64,000 nt of DNA. It comes from an uncultured archaeon. GTDB lineage: Archaea; Asgardarchaeota; Lokiarchaeia; Sigyniarchaeales; SOKP01. The number at the start of each line of letters is the position of its first letter. Positions within the stretch are counted from its first letter, which is position 1. This document shows, in pieces, positions 20,773-30,552 of the stretch. The stretch covers positions 38,530 through 102,529 of the forward strand of contig CAZDTP010000005.1 of assembly GCA_964508365.1 (NCBI GenBank). Direction: 5' to 3'. Made by a program: the position numbers and the translations under genes. The notes under the pieces are model-generated. The model did not search any database and was not told the DNA's origin. It saw only the letters and a list, made by a program, of their open reading frames with translations.

Positions 20773-20853
20773 TTTTGCATATCTTGGTTATGATCTCTTC
20801 TTTCTTTTTAAAATTACTAGTCGTTCTAAAATCTCCAATTTAATGGCAATAAT

Positions 20854-21456
20854 TTATGCATAAATTTCCTGTCTCGAAATTGAAAGATTTTTGTAGTTTA
20901 AAACGAGTTTAATGCACTCCCTATAATTAGAGACCCAGCGAGAATTTATAACGTATGGTCTCCTATCTCCAAAATAAATCCGAAGTTGAATAGTCTTCCG
21001 CCTTCTAGGTTCTTTAGAAGAATAAAAAAGAACCCAAGATGATAGCAATCGACGGTGATCTTCTTTTATTTTTACGTAATCTATATCGGCAATATCTTCA
21101 AAAGGGATAAATCTGGTTTTTAGAGATAATAAAATCGTTGGTTTACGAAGCATTATACCGTTCTCGTAAATTATGATGTAACTTAAAAAATATCTAACGA
21201 CGGATAAGAATGTGATTATACCCATAATGCACCAACCGAGAAGCAGCACAATTGCTATGATTGGACCGCCTTCACGCATTAAAGATTCATTAAAAAAATA
21301 GAAAATAAAAAACACAATGAACATTAATGTAGAACTAAGCCCATAGCTGAGATCGCCCTTCCAACCACTTTTGTTCCATTGAGCAAGCTCGTTCCTCCAT
21401 ATTTCTTTTAATAGCGATTTTTCCATGTTGAACTGTTTATTTCCTTTTATATTCAA
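20854..21456 (-). CDS. Membrane protein with two TM helices followed by a bacterial-PH (YdbS/T-like) type domain
   Basis: 200-aa ORF from a TTG; a more likely ATG start is at 21426 (MEKSLLKEIW). Two adjacent hydrophobic helices are followed by IIIYENGIMLRKPTILLSLKTRFIPFEDIADIDYVK, which resembles bPH_2 topology. It lies between the two carB-3'-end copies. Confidence 0.45.
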   Translation of the reverse strand: MNIKGNKQFNMEKSLLKEIWRNELAQWNKSGWKGDLSYGLSSTLMFIVFFIFYFFNESLMREGGPIIAIVLLLGWCIMGIITFLSVVRYFLSYIIIYENGIMLRKPTILLSLKTRFIPFEDIADIDYVKIKEDHRRLLSSWVLFYSSKEPRRRKTIQLRIYFGDRRPYVINSRWVSNYRECIKLVLNYKNLSISRQEIYA

Positions 21457-21510
21457 AATAATAGTATTATCTTTTCGTTTAAAATATTATCGGAGGCATT
21501 AAAAAAAAAT

Positions 21511-21564
21511 GAAATAAAATCGCTTAACAAGTATCATCAACCGCTAAAAAAAATGTATTGGTAA
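21511..21564 (+). repeat. Diverged direct copy of the last 54 nt of carB (relic 3' end including a stop codon)
   Basis: By manual alignment, 21511-21564 vs 20719-20772 gives 46/54 identical positions with no gaps. The copy translates EIKSLNKYHQPLKKMYW* against carB EIKSLNEYHQTLKEVYW*. Weaker similarity extends about 15 nt further upstream with a 1-nt indel. Confidence 0.8.
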
Positions 21565-21602
21565 GAGAAATAAAAAAAAGATTTTAGATTTTTAAATTTA
21601 TT

Positions 21603-22553
21603 TTAATCTCGTTTAATTTTTGTGAAGATCCAAGGGACTAATGTAATAACTAAAAACGCTAATACGAAATATTTAGTAAATCTCCAAACAAAAAAATCAG
21701 AAGAATAAACGCTTAATGTAAAATAAAAAACCAGAGTTAAAACTATCCCTATTACAAGATTAACAAGTTTCTGTTTGTTATTGAGTGCTTTTGGGTCGTA
21801 ATGAATTTTTTCGTTTTCGATTAAATAACCAAGCGCTATCCCCATTAGCCCGCCACAACACAAACCGTAGTCAAGCGTAGTAGCAGGAAATATAATAAGA
21901 GCTATAGTTAACATGACAATAGGAATTATTATTGCTAGAATTATCTTGGTTAGAAAATTCAGAGATTTGGCTTTTTCAGAGATTAGTGGCTCAAAGTAGA
22001 TGAACAAAACCAAGAAAAGAGTGCCATAAAAGAATCCCCCCCATACATCTTCTAAATCGTGTACTCCGACTACGATTCTCGATATTCCGATTAAATAGAT
22101 GAATATTATAAATAACCATTGCAGAATTTTATTATCTTTTTTGTACGACTCATAAGACATTAGTCCCCAAACTGCTACGGCATTTTGTGAATGCCCAGAA
22201 GGAAAACCAAAGCCTGTTTCATATGTGTTAGTCACAGGACGGGGATCTTGAAAGATGTCCTTTAAAATTCCGTTAATGTAATAAGAACCTAAAAGAGAGA
22301 ACCCTACATTTCTTCCAAATTTTATATCGTATACGAATATTAAAGCCGCAAGTAATAGGATCTGTACAATATCTTCTCCTATATAGGATATTGCCCGAAA
22401 AATTGTGAAAGTGACTGTATTACCATAAAATACTAGGTTGAAATATATGTTAAGTCCTAATAGTAACAAGATTCCTCCAACTACGAAATTGACCGCTGCG
22501 AGTATTACTATAATGAGTAATATTTTTTTTGATAAAGTACTAATTTCGCTCAA
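21603..22553 (-). CDS. PAP2-family (type 2 phosphatidic acid phosphatase) membrane phosphatase
   Basis: 316 aa. All three PAP2 motifs are present (KDIFQDPRP, PSGHS, SRIVVGVHDLEDV) within a polytopic membrane protein. Confidence 0.8.
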   Translation of the reverse strand: MSEISTLSKKILLIIVILAAVNFVVGGILLLLGLNIYFNLVFYGNTVTFTIFRAISYIGEDIVQILLLAALIFVYDIKFGRNVGFSLLGSYYINGILKDIFQDPRPVTNTYETGFGFPSGHSQNAVAVWGLMSYESYKKDNKILQWLFIIFIYLIGISRIVVGVHDLEDVWGGFFYGTLFLVLFIYFEPLISEKAKSLNFLTKIILAIIIPIVMLTIALIIFPATTLDYGLCCGGLMGIALGYLIENEKIHYDPKALNNKQKLVNLVIGIVLTLVFYFTLSVYSSDFFVWRFTKYFVLAFLVITLVPWIFTKIKRD

Positions 22554-22786
22554 TATTTTTCACTTTTTATTTTAGATTTTCAAAAAAACAATTAATATGA
22601 TAATATTTTTTCAAACTATTATAAAAGGTTTTCTTCAAAAATTACAGATAAATATATAATTTCACTATTAATAAAAATCATGAAAAACAATAAATAGTAA
22701 TTAAAGTTTGCTTTAGATAACTGTTTAAATGTGATGAATAACAAATTATATCGGGTGTTAAACGCATTTACTATCGAGGATACATT

Positions 22787-23053
22787 TTGGTTCGCTTGAA
22801 GATTATCGGAACTCAGTGGAAGATCGTAGAGAAATTAAAATACTTTCAACCTATTGAAGGTCACGATTGGAAAATTACTTACTCATCACCTACTTACGGT
22901 GGATGGGATTTAATTATAGAATGCGTATTTAATAATCTAGATGATTTGGATGAGATCGTATCTTTTTGTCGGATGGACAACGATTTGAAAGAGTGGATCG
23001 ATGCAACAACCACCCTAATTAGCACAAAAAAAAACTTTGATATCAAATCATGA
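22787..23053 (+). CDS. Small stand-alone Lrp/AsnC-ligand-binding (RAM)-like domain protein (tentative)
   Basis: 88 aa with a TTG start and GAGGAT 5 nt upstream. GGWDLIIECVFNNLDDLDEIVSF resembles the RAM-domain core of Lrp/AsnC proteins. No HTH. Confidence 0.4.
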   Translation: MVRLKIIGTQWKIVEKLKYFQPIEGHDWKITYSSPTYGGWDLIIECVFNNLDDLDEIVSFCRMDNDLKEWIDATTTLISTKKNFDIKS

Positions 23054-23059
23054 ACAATT

Positions 23060-24058
23060 TCAAATCAAATTATTGATAATTATTTCTGAAATATCTGACG
23101 AATATTCGCCAGTTCTCCTTATACTCTCAATAATAAAACCTATTTCTACAAGGTATTCTGAGTTAGGGCTAATTTTAATGGCGTTACACGCTTTTATTAA
23201 CTTTTTTATCGATTCAATATTTTCATTTGCTAACTTTAAATCTTTTTGGAGCCAAGCATCTAAACTCATATTAAGTAATTCAAGAGAGATTTCGCTTGCT
23301 TTCATGATGTTATTGTATAATTCCTTATCGATTTCTTGATAGTCTATTAGAATTACATTTCTAGCGATTTTCACGGCATGATCTCCTATTCGTTCTAAAA
23401 ATCTGCTAATAAATTTGTAATTACTAGCATCCTCTAAGGTGATATCTAATTTTTGACACAAAATTATATCTCGTAATACGATATGAGCCTGGCGCTCAAC
23501 TAACCAATTCAATCTATCAATATCATCATCAATTTCAATTACTTTTTTTGCTAATGTTTTATCCCCTGTTTCCAAGGCTTTAAGTGCGTCTTCGTGCATA
23601 CCGTTAGCTAAAATATACATTCTTTTTATGGTTTTTTCAAAGGGCATTTCTGTAGGGTCTACTAAATCTTTCATTTTAATACTATTTTCTGATTCTTCTT
23701 CGATTTCTATACCTATAGTAATTTTACTAAACTCTCTTACTGTGTGTTTAATATCGGAGTTAAACTTTCTACTAGATATCACTTTTATAACATTGTAACC
23801 CATGATATAAGCACCTATTAAGAGTCTGAATAAAAAATCTGGATCCTTAATTTCCTCAACATCAAAGATTTTTTCTTTAATATTTTTCTCTGAACTCATG
23901 TATGGAATAATTAACAAATTCCCATCGGGTTGTGAAATAATACCAATTGTATCTTTAGCTTTAATTTCGTGCCTATTAATCCATTCCTTTGGTAAGCTAA
24001 TAATAAAAGAAGAACCACCCGTTTTTTGTACTTTTCTTGCCTCAATGTTGAAAGACAT
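23060..24058 (-). CDS. PhoU-family regulator with an N-terminal AbrB/SpoVT DNA-binding domain (archaeal type)
   Basis: 332 aa. AbrB-like N-terminus (KVQKTGGSSFIISLPKEWI), then two PhoU repeats (RMYILANGMHEDA ... IDDDIDRLN ... FLERIGDHAVKIA). Confidence 0.8.
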   Translation of the reverse strand: MSFNIEARKVQKTGGSSFIISLPKEWINRHEIKAKDTIGIISQPDGNLLIIPYMSSEKNIKEKIFDVEEIKDPDFLFRLLIGAYIMGYNVIKVISSRKFNSDIKHTVREFSKITIGIEIEEESENSIKMKDLVDPTEMPFEKTIKRMYILANGMHEDALKALETGDKTLAKKVIEIDDDIDRLNWLVERQAHIVLRDIILCQKLDITLEDASNYKFISRFLERIGDHAVKIARNVILIDYQEIDKELYNNIMKASEISLELLNMSLDAWLQKDLKLANENIESIKKLIKACNAIKISPNSEYLVEIGFIIESIRRTGEYSSDISEIIINNLI

Positions 24059-24273
24059 AACTTTTTCACCTTATTTAATATTTTATATATATATAATATA
24101 ATTTTTATGATACTAAATATATACTATCTCTATATTCTATATATATTGATCTTAAAATGCATTAATCCCCGATTGGAGAGTTTATAGTTTAAAATTTAAA
24201 GTTTAAGATACCTTTATATAACTGAAATGCATCTCTTTTTTTATATAAGAAGACATCAAAAAATCCTTTCAAA

Positions 24274-24471
24274 ATGGAAAGTAAGTTTAACCTCTGCCCT
24301 CGATGCAAAGGTACTAGAATAATTGATATAGGCGATACCATTGAATGCCCAGATTGCAGATTAGAATTTGAAAAAGCTGATATTGAAGCCCTTGAGTCTG
24401 ACCAAATTTTCGCAATATCTGAAAAACTAGAGTTTATTAGGGGCATTAAGAACAATAATAATAATATTTGA
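24274..24471 (+). CDS. Small zinc-ribbon protein
   Basis: 65 aa with CPRC-x15-CPDC. Preferred over the overlapping antisense ORF 24189-24455, which has low-complexity, motif-free content. Confidence 0.5.
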   Translation: MESKFNLCPRCKGTRIIDIGDTIECPDCRLEFEKADIEALESDQIFAISEKLEFIRGIKNNNNNI

Positions 24472-24774
24472 TCTTTTTTTTAAGTAAATACCTTTTCTGT
24501 TAGTTTTTACTTATAGGTTATTATAAAAATTCTATTAACGAATCGTTATTTTTCTAATTTATAGTTGAGAATTACAAAATAACTTTTTATTAATTATAAT
24601 CATCGAAATGGAATGACGCTGAATAAGAAAAAATTAGTTTCTGAACCGTTAGTGGAATTTTCTCCGGGTAAAGATCCTTATATTAAAGCGCGGAAAAAAG
24701 GGCCTAGCTGGTTTAATAATATTAAAATCTTTTTCTACCAATAAAAAGGATATTCTAATTAAAAACAAATAATT

Positions 24775-25455
24775 ATGTCTATTATGAACATTAAAAATTG
24801 GAAAAATCGCGCAGTTTTTTCATTATTTCTGAGTTCTGTGATATTTCTAGTATTAGTTTTTCTTGCGATGGCGTTCTATGCAGGTGGAACACGCGATAAT
24901 CCCGCTTTTCCAGGATATTCTTTTTGGGGGAATACGATAAGCGACTCTGGGCGTTCTATTGCATGGTCTGGGATAATCAACACCACATCGATGGTATTTT
25001 TATCTTTGTCCTTGATAATTTATGGGGTATTTTACATACCGTTTTATCTTTTGGTTTCGGATTCACTTACCGAAGGAAAGTTAGAAAAGATTTCAAGTAA
25101 AATTGGTGCAATTTTTGGCATTCTGTCCTCAATTTCTTTAATAGGAATTGCATTTACTCCCGCTGATATTCTCTATATCTACCACATGATTTTCGTCTTC
25201 ATTGGATACATCTCCATTTTCTTAAACGGCGTATTCTTTTCAATCGCATTTTATAAAAATAAGGAATTTTCAAATACATATGCTCTAATCTTCGGAATTT
25301 ATACGATATTTTATTTCATGTCCATTCTTCTAAGCTTGATTGGGTTATTGATTGATAGAAACCTTATGGTGCTTTTTCAAAAACTTGGAACTTTTGCCGG
25401 TCTCGTTGCTTTTCTCATTATAGGATATGGATTTTGGAAATTTAAGAAAGCATAA
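24775..25455 (+). CDS. Polytopic membrane protein (DUF998-like, tentative)
   Basis: 226 aa with about 6 TM helices. The first loop (GGTRDNPAFPGYSFWGNTISDSG) resembles DUF998 family proteins from memory. Confidence 0.45.
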   Translation: MSIMNIKNWKNRAVFSLFLSSVIFLVLVFLAMAFYAGGTRDNPAFPGYSFWGNTISDSGRSIAWSGIINTTSMVFLSLSLIIYGVFYIPFYLLVSDSLTEGKLEKISSKIGAIFGILSSISLIGIAFTPADILYIYHMIFVFIGYISIFLNGVFFSIAFYKNKEFSNTYALIFGIYTIFYFMSILLSLIGLLIDRNLMVLFQKLGTFAGLVAFLIIGYGFWKFKKA

Positions 25456-25635
25456 AAAAATAAAATCCTTTTTTTTTCCCTTTAAAAATTTAAAACTGGA
25501 AATCTTCTTCAAATCCCAGAAGCGCTTTTACTTATTTAAATTATCTGCACTAATTGTCTTCTTTTATATTTCGAGTTCTAAATCTTGTCCAAATTCCCTG
25601 AAAATTATTTTTTAAAAAAAAAATAGAGAAAAAAA

Positions 25636-27000
25636 TTATAAACGAGTTATATATCTATTTCGCTCCCATTCAGACACTACAAGTTTATAAGCGTCGTTTT
25701 CTTCTAATTTCGCATAATAAAAGTTTTTGAACGGTTGTTCCCCGAAGATTTCTTTCATGTATTCAGAATTTCTAAATTCTTTCAGCGCTTCCATTAAACT
25801 TCCAGGGAGAGAATTGATTCCTTCCTTCTCCATTTCTTTCGATGTCAGATGATACACATTTCTATCAGTAGGTTCGTAGAGTTCAATGTCATCAGATAAA
25901 ATTCCATATAAACCGGTACTTAATAGAACAGCGAACTGTAGATAAGGATTACCCGCGGGATCTGGGCAACGAATCTCGCACCTAGCAGCAGTTCTCTTGC
26001 CATGGAAGTCTGGAACTCTGATTAATGGTGATCTATTCCGGAATCCCCATGCTATATATACCGGAGCTTCATACCCAGGTACTAATCGCTTATACGAGTT
26101 TGGCCAACTGCTTAATACTGCACACATAGCTTTCGCATATGTCAGCTGACCAGCAATCCACTTTTTCATTAATAAAGATATATGTGCTGGGTCTGATTCA
26201 TCATAAAATACGTTTTTACCTTCTTTCCATAGGCTCTGATGACAGTGCATCCCAGATCCGTTTATCCCATCAAAAGGTTTAGGCATAAAAGTTGCCGTCA
26301 TATTATTCTGAGCAGCCACAGTCTTTATAATTGCTTTTATCGTAATTGTATTGTCCGCACTTTCAACTGCTTTGTCGTAGCGAAAATCAACTTCGTGCTG
26401 ACCAAAAGCTACCTCGTGATGAAGCGCTTCGATTTCAATTCCCATTTTATCACAGTATTCTGCAATCGTGTAGCGCATACGTTCATTAATATCATATGGA
26501 TCATAATCAAAATATCCTCTCATATCAGAAGGTTTAAAAGCAGCCTGGCTATTTTCTTGGTCCAATATAAAAAACTCCATTTCTGGAGCACAAACATAAT
26601 CAAATCCATGCTTTCTTGCTTTTTTTACAGCCTTCTGTAGAATATAGCGAGGATCTCCATCGTATCTCTCCCCACTTGGAGTATAAATATCGCAGATTGC
26701 TCTGGCTACTCTGTTATTTGTCGCATTGTTTCGCCAAGGTAATATATAAAAAGTACTAGGATCAGGCAATGCAACCTTATCGGATTCCTCGATTGCCCCA
26801 TACCCCGTTATAGAACTCCCATCAAAATTCTCGCCTATTTCAAAACATTCCTCTATTCGTTTTGAGTTAATTTCAAAGGATTTAATTATCCCATGAATAT
26901 CGGTAAATTGAAGGTATATAAACTTAATGTCCTCCTCTTTAACCCGCTCGATTACGTCTTCACATAATCCCTTCCTATTTGGATCTCCCTTTTCAATCAT
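25636..27000 (-). CDS. glnA: Glutamine synthetase, type I
   Basis: 454 aa. Beta-grasp N-domain (FIYLQFTDIHG), catalytic motifs (FDGSSI, NGSGMHCHQSLW, IRVPD). Confidence 0.95.
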   Translation of the reverse strand: MIEKGDPNRKGLCEDVIERVKEEDIKFIYLQFTDIHGIIKSFEINSKRIEECFEIGENFDGSSITGYGAIEESDKVALPDPSTFYILPWRNNATNNRVARAICDIYTPSGERYDGDPRYILQKAVKKARKHGFDYVCAPEMEFFILDQENSQAAFKPSDMRGYFDYDPYDINERMRYTIAEYCDKMGIEIEALHHEVAFGQHEVDFRYDKAVESADNTITIKAIIKTVAAQNNMTATFMPKPFDGINGSGMHCHQSLWKEGKNVFYDESDPAHISLLMKKWIAGQLTYAKAMCAVLSSWPNSYKRLVPGYEAPVYIAWGFRNRSPLIRVPDFHGKRTAARCEIRCPDPAGNPYLQFAVLLSTGLYGILSDDIELYEPTDRNVYHLTSKEMEKEGINSLPGSLMEALKEFRNSEYMKEIFGEQPFKNFYYAKLEENDAYKLVVSEWERNRYITRL

Positions 27001-27083
27001 TTTTTATCTCATCTTAATTTATTCAGTAAAATCTAAAGATTTACATTTTGGTTAGATTATATAAATCAAAGTTCTATAATTAT

Positions 27084-27452
27084 TCATTCATAGATTAACA
27101 AATAATTTTTTTCTTTTTCGAAGATTTTTGATTCAATATTTGGTAAATTTTTGATAGTTTTTAATTGAGAAATTCCATATTTTAAATTGAAGAAATTTCT
27201 AAATTTAAGACTCGAATTACAGTTCCAGATAAACTCCTCTTTTGGTTTAAAATCAGAAAATTTAGGTTCAGAAGCGATCTTAATGTAAAATTCATCTGGT
27301 TTTTGATGACCAAATGCAGTTGTTTGTTCATAATGAGAGTAAGTGTAGTTCTCGGGGATATTTATGCTATCAATTGATTTATCTTCACATGTGTGGCATA
27401 TTTTTCTGTCGTAATAATATTCCTTTCCGCAAATTGGGCATTTTAATGACAT
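27084..27452 (-). CDS. Zinc-ribbon protein, unknown function (N-terminus paralogous to 36866-37093)
   Basis: 122 aa. MSLKCPICGKEYYYDRKICHTC shares the pattern KC-x2-CG-x-EY-x-Y-x-R-x-ICH-x-C with the 75-aa ORF at 36866. Confidence 0.5.
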   Translation of the reverse strand: MSLKCPICGKEYYYDRKICHTCEDKSIDSINIPENYTYSHYEQTTAFGHQKPDEFYIKIASEPKFSDFKPKEEFIWNCNSSLKFRNFFNLKYGISQLKTIKNLPNIESKIFEKEKNYLLIYE

Positions 27453-27711
27453 TTATAATCAATATTCAAATCTAATTTTGTTACTAAAAGGGATTAATTC
27501 CCTAATTTTAATTTAATAAATATTATAATGATCACATATATAAAAATATTGACTTTTTTTAGTACATTTGTTAACATTATTGGAAGAAAAAGTTTTAACA
27601 TGGTAACTTATTGAATAAGAAAATGAACGAATGAATAATTTTATACTTTTTGTCGTTATGAAAAATGATCAACCGAATATATTTTCACTTAATTTTTGGA
27701 CAATTGCATAC

Positions 27712-27719
27712 TTTTATAA
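27712..27719 (+). promoter_or_regulatory. TATA-box candidate (TTTTATAA) for the lrp-like gene, implying a leaderless or very short-leader mRNA
   Basis: TTTTATAA is centred about 27 nt upstream of the ATG at 27743. No SD motif lies between them. Confidence 0.3.
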
Positions 27720-27742
27720 TGATTATATAACTTTCATATACT

Positions 27743-28237
27743 ATGACGGAACAATCTAGCCTTGACAACATTGACGATTTAGATTTTGAGATCTTAAAGA
27801 AATTGAGCGCTGACGGTAGGATTTCCCTTCGACAGCTTGCAAATGATTTAGGAAAAAAATCGCCTGTAACGATTAAAAATCATGTTGAGAAATTGGAGAA
27901 CAATGGTATTATCACGAGTTATGGAGTTCAAATTGACTACGAAAAATTGGGATATGAAATTATTGCGCTTATCGAAATAACAGTTTCCAAAGGTAAACTG
28001 CTTGAAGTTGAAAAGAAGATTGCCCATAATCCAAATGTTTTCGCTGTATACGATATTACTGGAACGTATGATGCACTTATTCTTGCACGATTTAAAACGA
28101 GGGCAAAGCTCAGTGAAATGATAAAAGGCGAGCTTCTTGCTTCTCCTTTTGTTGAGCGAACAAATACTCATTTAGTCTTAAACGTGATTAAGGAACGTAG
28201 TTCGTTTAATGAGTTAATGAAGAAAAAAGAGAATTAG
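27743..28237 (+). CDS. lrp: Lrp/AsnC-family transcriptional regulator
   Basis: 164 aa. wHTH (ISLRQLANDLGKKSPVTIKNHVEKLENNGII) plus a RAM domain (VYDITGTYDALILARF). Confidence 0.85.
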   Translation: MTEQSSLDNIDDLDFEILKKLSADGRISLRQLANDLGKKSPVTIKNHVEKLENNGIITSYGVQIDYEKLGYEIIALIEITVSKGKLLEVEKKIAHNPNVFAVYDITGTYDALILARFKTRAKLSEMIKGELLASPFVERTNTHLVLNVIKERSSFNELMKKKEN

Positions 28238-28445
28238 AAATCTCTAATTCTAATTAAGAAAGTTTAAATAAACATTAGCATGTCGAGTCTTTTTACCACC
28301 GATACCGCAATTAGCGCTATTAGGAGCCCGAACACGCTCATTACTTGAGATAATTCGGAAACGATAATATCAAGAAATTAGAAAACAATTTTTAAAATAT
28401 AATAATCCTGTTATTTTGAGAATTAGGAATATTCATTAAATACAA

Positions 28446-29204
28446 TTGATCTTAACTATGGATCGCAATCAGAAGAAAATTAGCATCGTCATAATTGTAG
28501 TATTGCTTGCCACATCATCAATATTAATACCATTTATTTTTGTATTCTTGAGCAATACTGCAACTAAACCTCAAATAGTTTTCACTCCCAATTATTTAAA
28601 GTCCTTTCCAAACCATACAGTATGGTTATTAGCGGAAGCATATTCGGGAGAAACAGATTTTAGCGGTAACTACTCAGTAAGAATTGAAGCAAATGAATCA
28701 ATTGATATAGAGTATAAAGTTTGGGACAATCAGGTTAATTATAAAGTTATAGAATTATTCATCAAACCAAACTCTACACATCTAAATCATAAAATAGAAA
28801 TAAAACTAGAGCTTGTAGATAATGAAATTATTTTAGAAAGTTTTGCCACTATCGATGTCATTGACTGGGCACCTAAGAATATCACAGAAGTTGAAATAAT
28901 GAGAGATGCTTTTATTTCTTATCTTTCATCAAATGCGAGTTCGATTGGAATCAATGAAAGTATAATATGGGACGGGTTTGACAACGCGCCACAAATTTTG
29001 ATTGTGGAGCATTATCTTTTTAGATCTGAATTTTGGGAATTGGAACTTTCTAGACATGTTACAACTGCCCCATATGACTGGGTAAAGGTTTACATTAGGC
29101 CCAGAAATCAAATTAGTCCTATTTGGTCAGGAATCATCGAATCGTGGATTAGTGGTAACCATAATGTGTCTGAAATTGAACCTCCATCATCCATTTATCG
29201 TTAA
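28446..29204 (+). CDS. Signal-anchored extracytoplasmic protein, unknown function
   Basis: 252 aa with a TTG start; the ATG at 28458 (MDRNQKK) is a more likely start. One N-terminal TM, then an N-x-S/T-rich ectodomain. Confidence 0.5.
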   Translation: MILTMDRNQKKISIVIIVVLLATSSILIPFIFVFLSNTATKPQIVFTPNYLKSFPNHTVWLLAEAYSGETDFSGNYSVRIEANESIDIEYKVWDNQVNYKVIELFIKPNSTHLNHKIEIKLELVDNEIILESFATIDVIDWAPKNITEVEIMRDAFISYLSSNASSIGINESIIWDGFDNAPQILIVEHYLFRSEFWELELSRHVTTAPYDWVKVYIRPRNQISPIWSGIIESWISGNHNVSEIEPPSSIYR

Positions 29205-29563
29205 ATCTTAATAAAGATTTAAAATTTGAAGAAATCAACAACATCTCCATTATAAACTTGATACCCTTTTTTCTTCATATTTGTCCTTTTAAATTCAAAT
29301 TCCTTTTTTGCAAAGATTTTAATCGAGATGTTCCTTAATTTTTTAGTTATTCTTATTCTTTTTAAAAAGTCATTTCGATTTTCCTCTGGAAAAAACTTAT
29401 TTATATTGTGAGTTTTTTTATTTTTCTTTAATATATTGATTATTTTACTATTCCATCAGCCCACAGTTCACATGTCTTAAAATGTGCTTAAATTTTCGCG
29501 AATTTTTATCTAATTAGGATTTAATTTCTTAAAAAAATAAAAAGAATATGGTTATTTCAATAA

Positions 29564-30145
29564 TTAAATTGGTTTTAATTCTTGGACGAATAAAGTTCTT
29601 GTATAGTTATATGTTGGAGCATGTGCAACACTTAATGAGTTAGCTGATCCTGTAGCGTCCCAAGTGGATTTCCAATATATTTCAATAGAATAAGTTCCAG
29701 TTGGTAGAGGTTGAGTTAATAGATTGATATGCAAATTATATGTAAGCTGACGGAAATATCCTCCTGAAGGTTCAGAATCGTAGTATAAAACTATAATAGT
29801 ACGATTAGTTACACCGGTGACTACTAATGAAACATTGTAGCTAGACCTTATAGTAAAAGTATTATCCAGCGATAAGAGCGCAATGGCAGAAAATTCAACA
29901 AACAATCTTGAGTCTTGATTAATTGTTATATTTACTTAGGTATCATCCATTTTCTTATAAGTTAATTCATTATCAAAGATATATGCTGGAGAGTTCCATT
30001 CTTCGTATTGATATTGAAGGACGATATTGCGTTCAAGAGATCCTGGAAGAAATACTGGTGCCATGAAGTAAATAAGAGCACTCGTAATTATAACGGAAAG
30101 TATTACACTCCCAATAATGCTCCCTAAAACTCCTTTTCCTGACAT
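29564..30145 (-). pseudogene. Membrane-anchored paralog of 7155-7643, interrupted by a single in-frame TAA (29936-29938)
   Basis: ORFs 29936-30145 and 29564-29905 are in the same frame. They are separated only by the TAA plus 10 sense codons. The joined product is colinear with the 162-aa protein at 7155-7643. Confidence 0.65.
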
Positions 30146-30552
30146 TTTTTCACCTTTAAAGTTATGCAGAATTTTTAAAATTAAATTGATTTAAATTTAT
30201 ATTAGCACAAATAAATATAAATGGTTTCACTAACTAATATGCTCTGAATTCTGTAAAAACTTAATCTGTCTTTACATTTCTACGAATTTATGAATTTAAA
30301 ATAAATTAATATTCCAATTCGATTTTTTAAAAGATGCTTTCATTTCTATATTTGCGTGTTTGCATTAACGTCTTATTGTATATTTTCATTTTCTCTTATA
30401 AATTCGGCAATTTTTGGGCGTCTTATGTTCATCAAATTTTCATTGGAAAAAAACTCTGAATTTACCTTTATAAACAGTAAATATTTTCAAACGATACAAT
30501 TAAAGAAAAAGCTAATAATTCTTTTTTTGATTTAGTGATAATTATTCTCAAA

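Noticed and set aside
23037-23339. A 100-aa plus-strand ORF overlapping the 3' part of the PhoU-like gene.
   Set aside because: It is antisense to a well-supported PhoU repeat region, and its composition is typical of a shadow ORF.
24189-24455. An 88-aa minus-strand ORF overlapping the zinc-ribbon ORF.
   Set aside because: The plus-strand ORF has a clean CPRC...CPDC ribbon and a more protein-like composition. Only one of the two is likely real.
24613-24744. A 43-aa ORF (MTLNKKKLVSEPLVEFSPGKDPYIKARKKGPSWFNNIKIFFYQ) in the spacer before 24775.
   Set aside because: It is slightly GC-richer than its surroundings but has no motif, no RBS and no comparative evidence. It is left unannotated.
25427-25615. 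A 62-aa ORF overlapping the end of the membrane-protein gene and the T-rich spacer.
   Set aside because: It is a low-complexity Phe/Lys/Ser translation of an oligo-T/A terminator-like region.
26239-26640. A 133-aa plus-strand ORF inside glnA.
   Set aside because: It is antisense to glutamine synthetase and is a shadow ORF.
29205-29440. A stop-free minus-strand frame of about 75 codons in the spacer after 28446-29204 (ending ...MKKKGYQVYNGDVVDFFKF*), considered as a gene remnant.
   Set aside because: It has no start codon except one near the end, a Lys/Asn/Ile-rich low-complexity translation and no recognisable motif. It could be chance or a decayed fragment, and I cannot support it.
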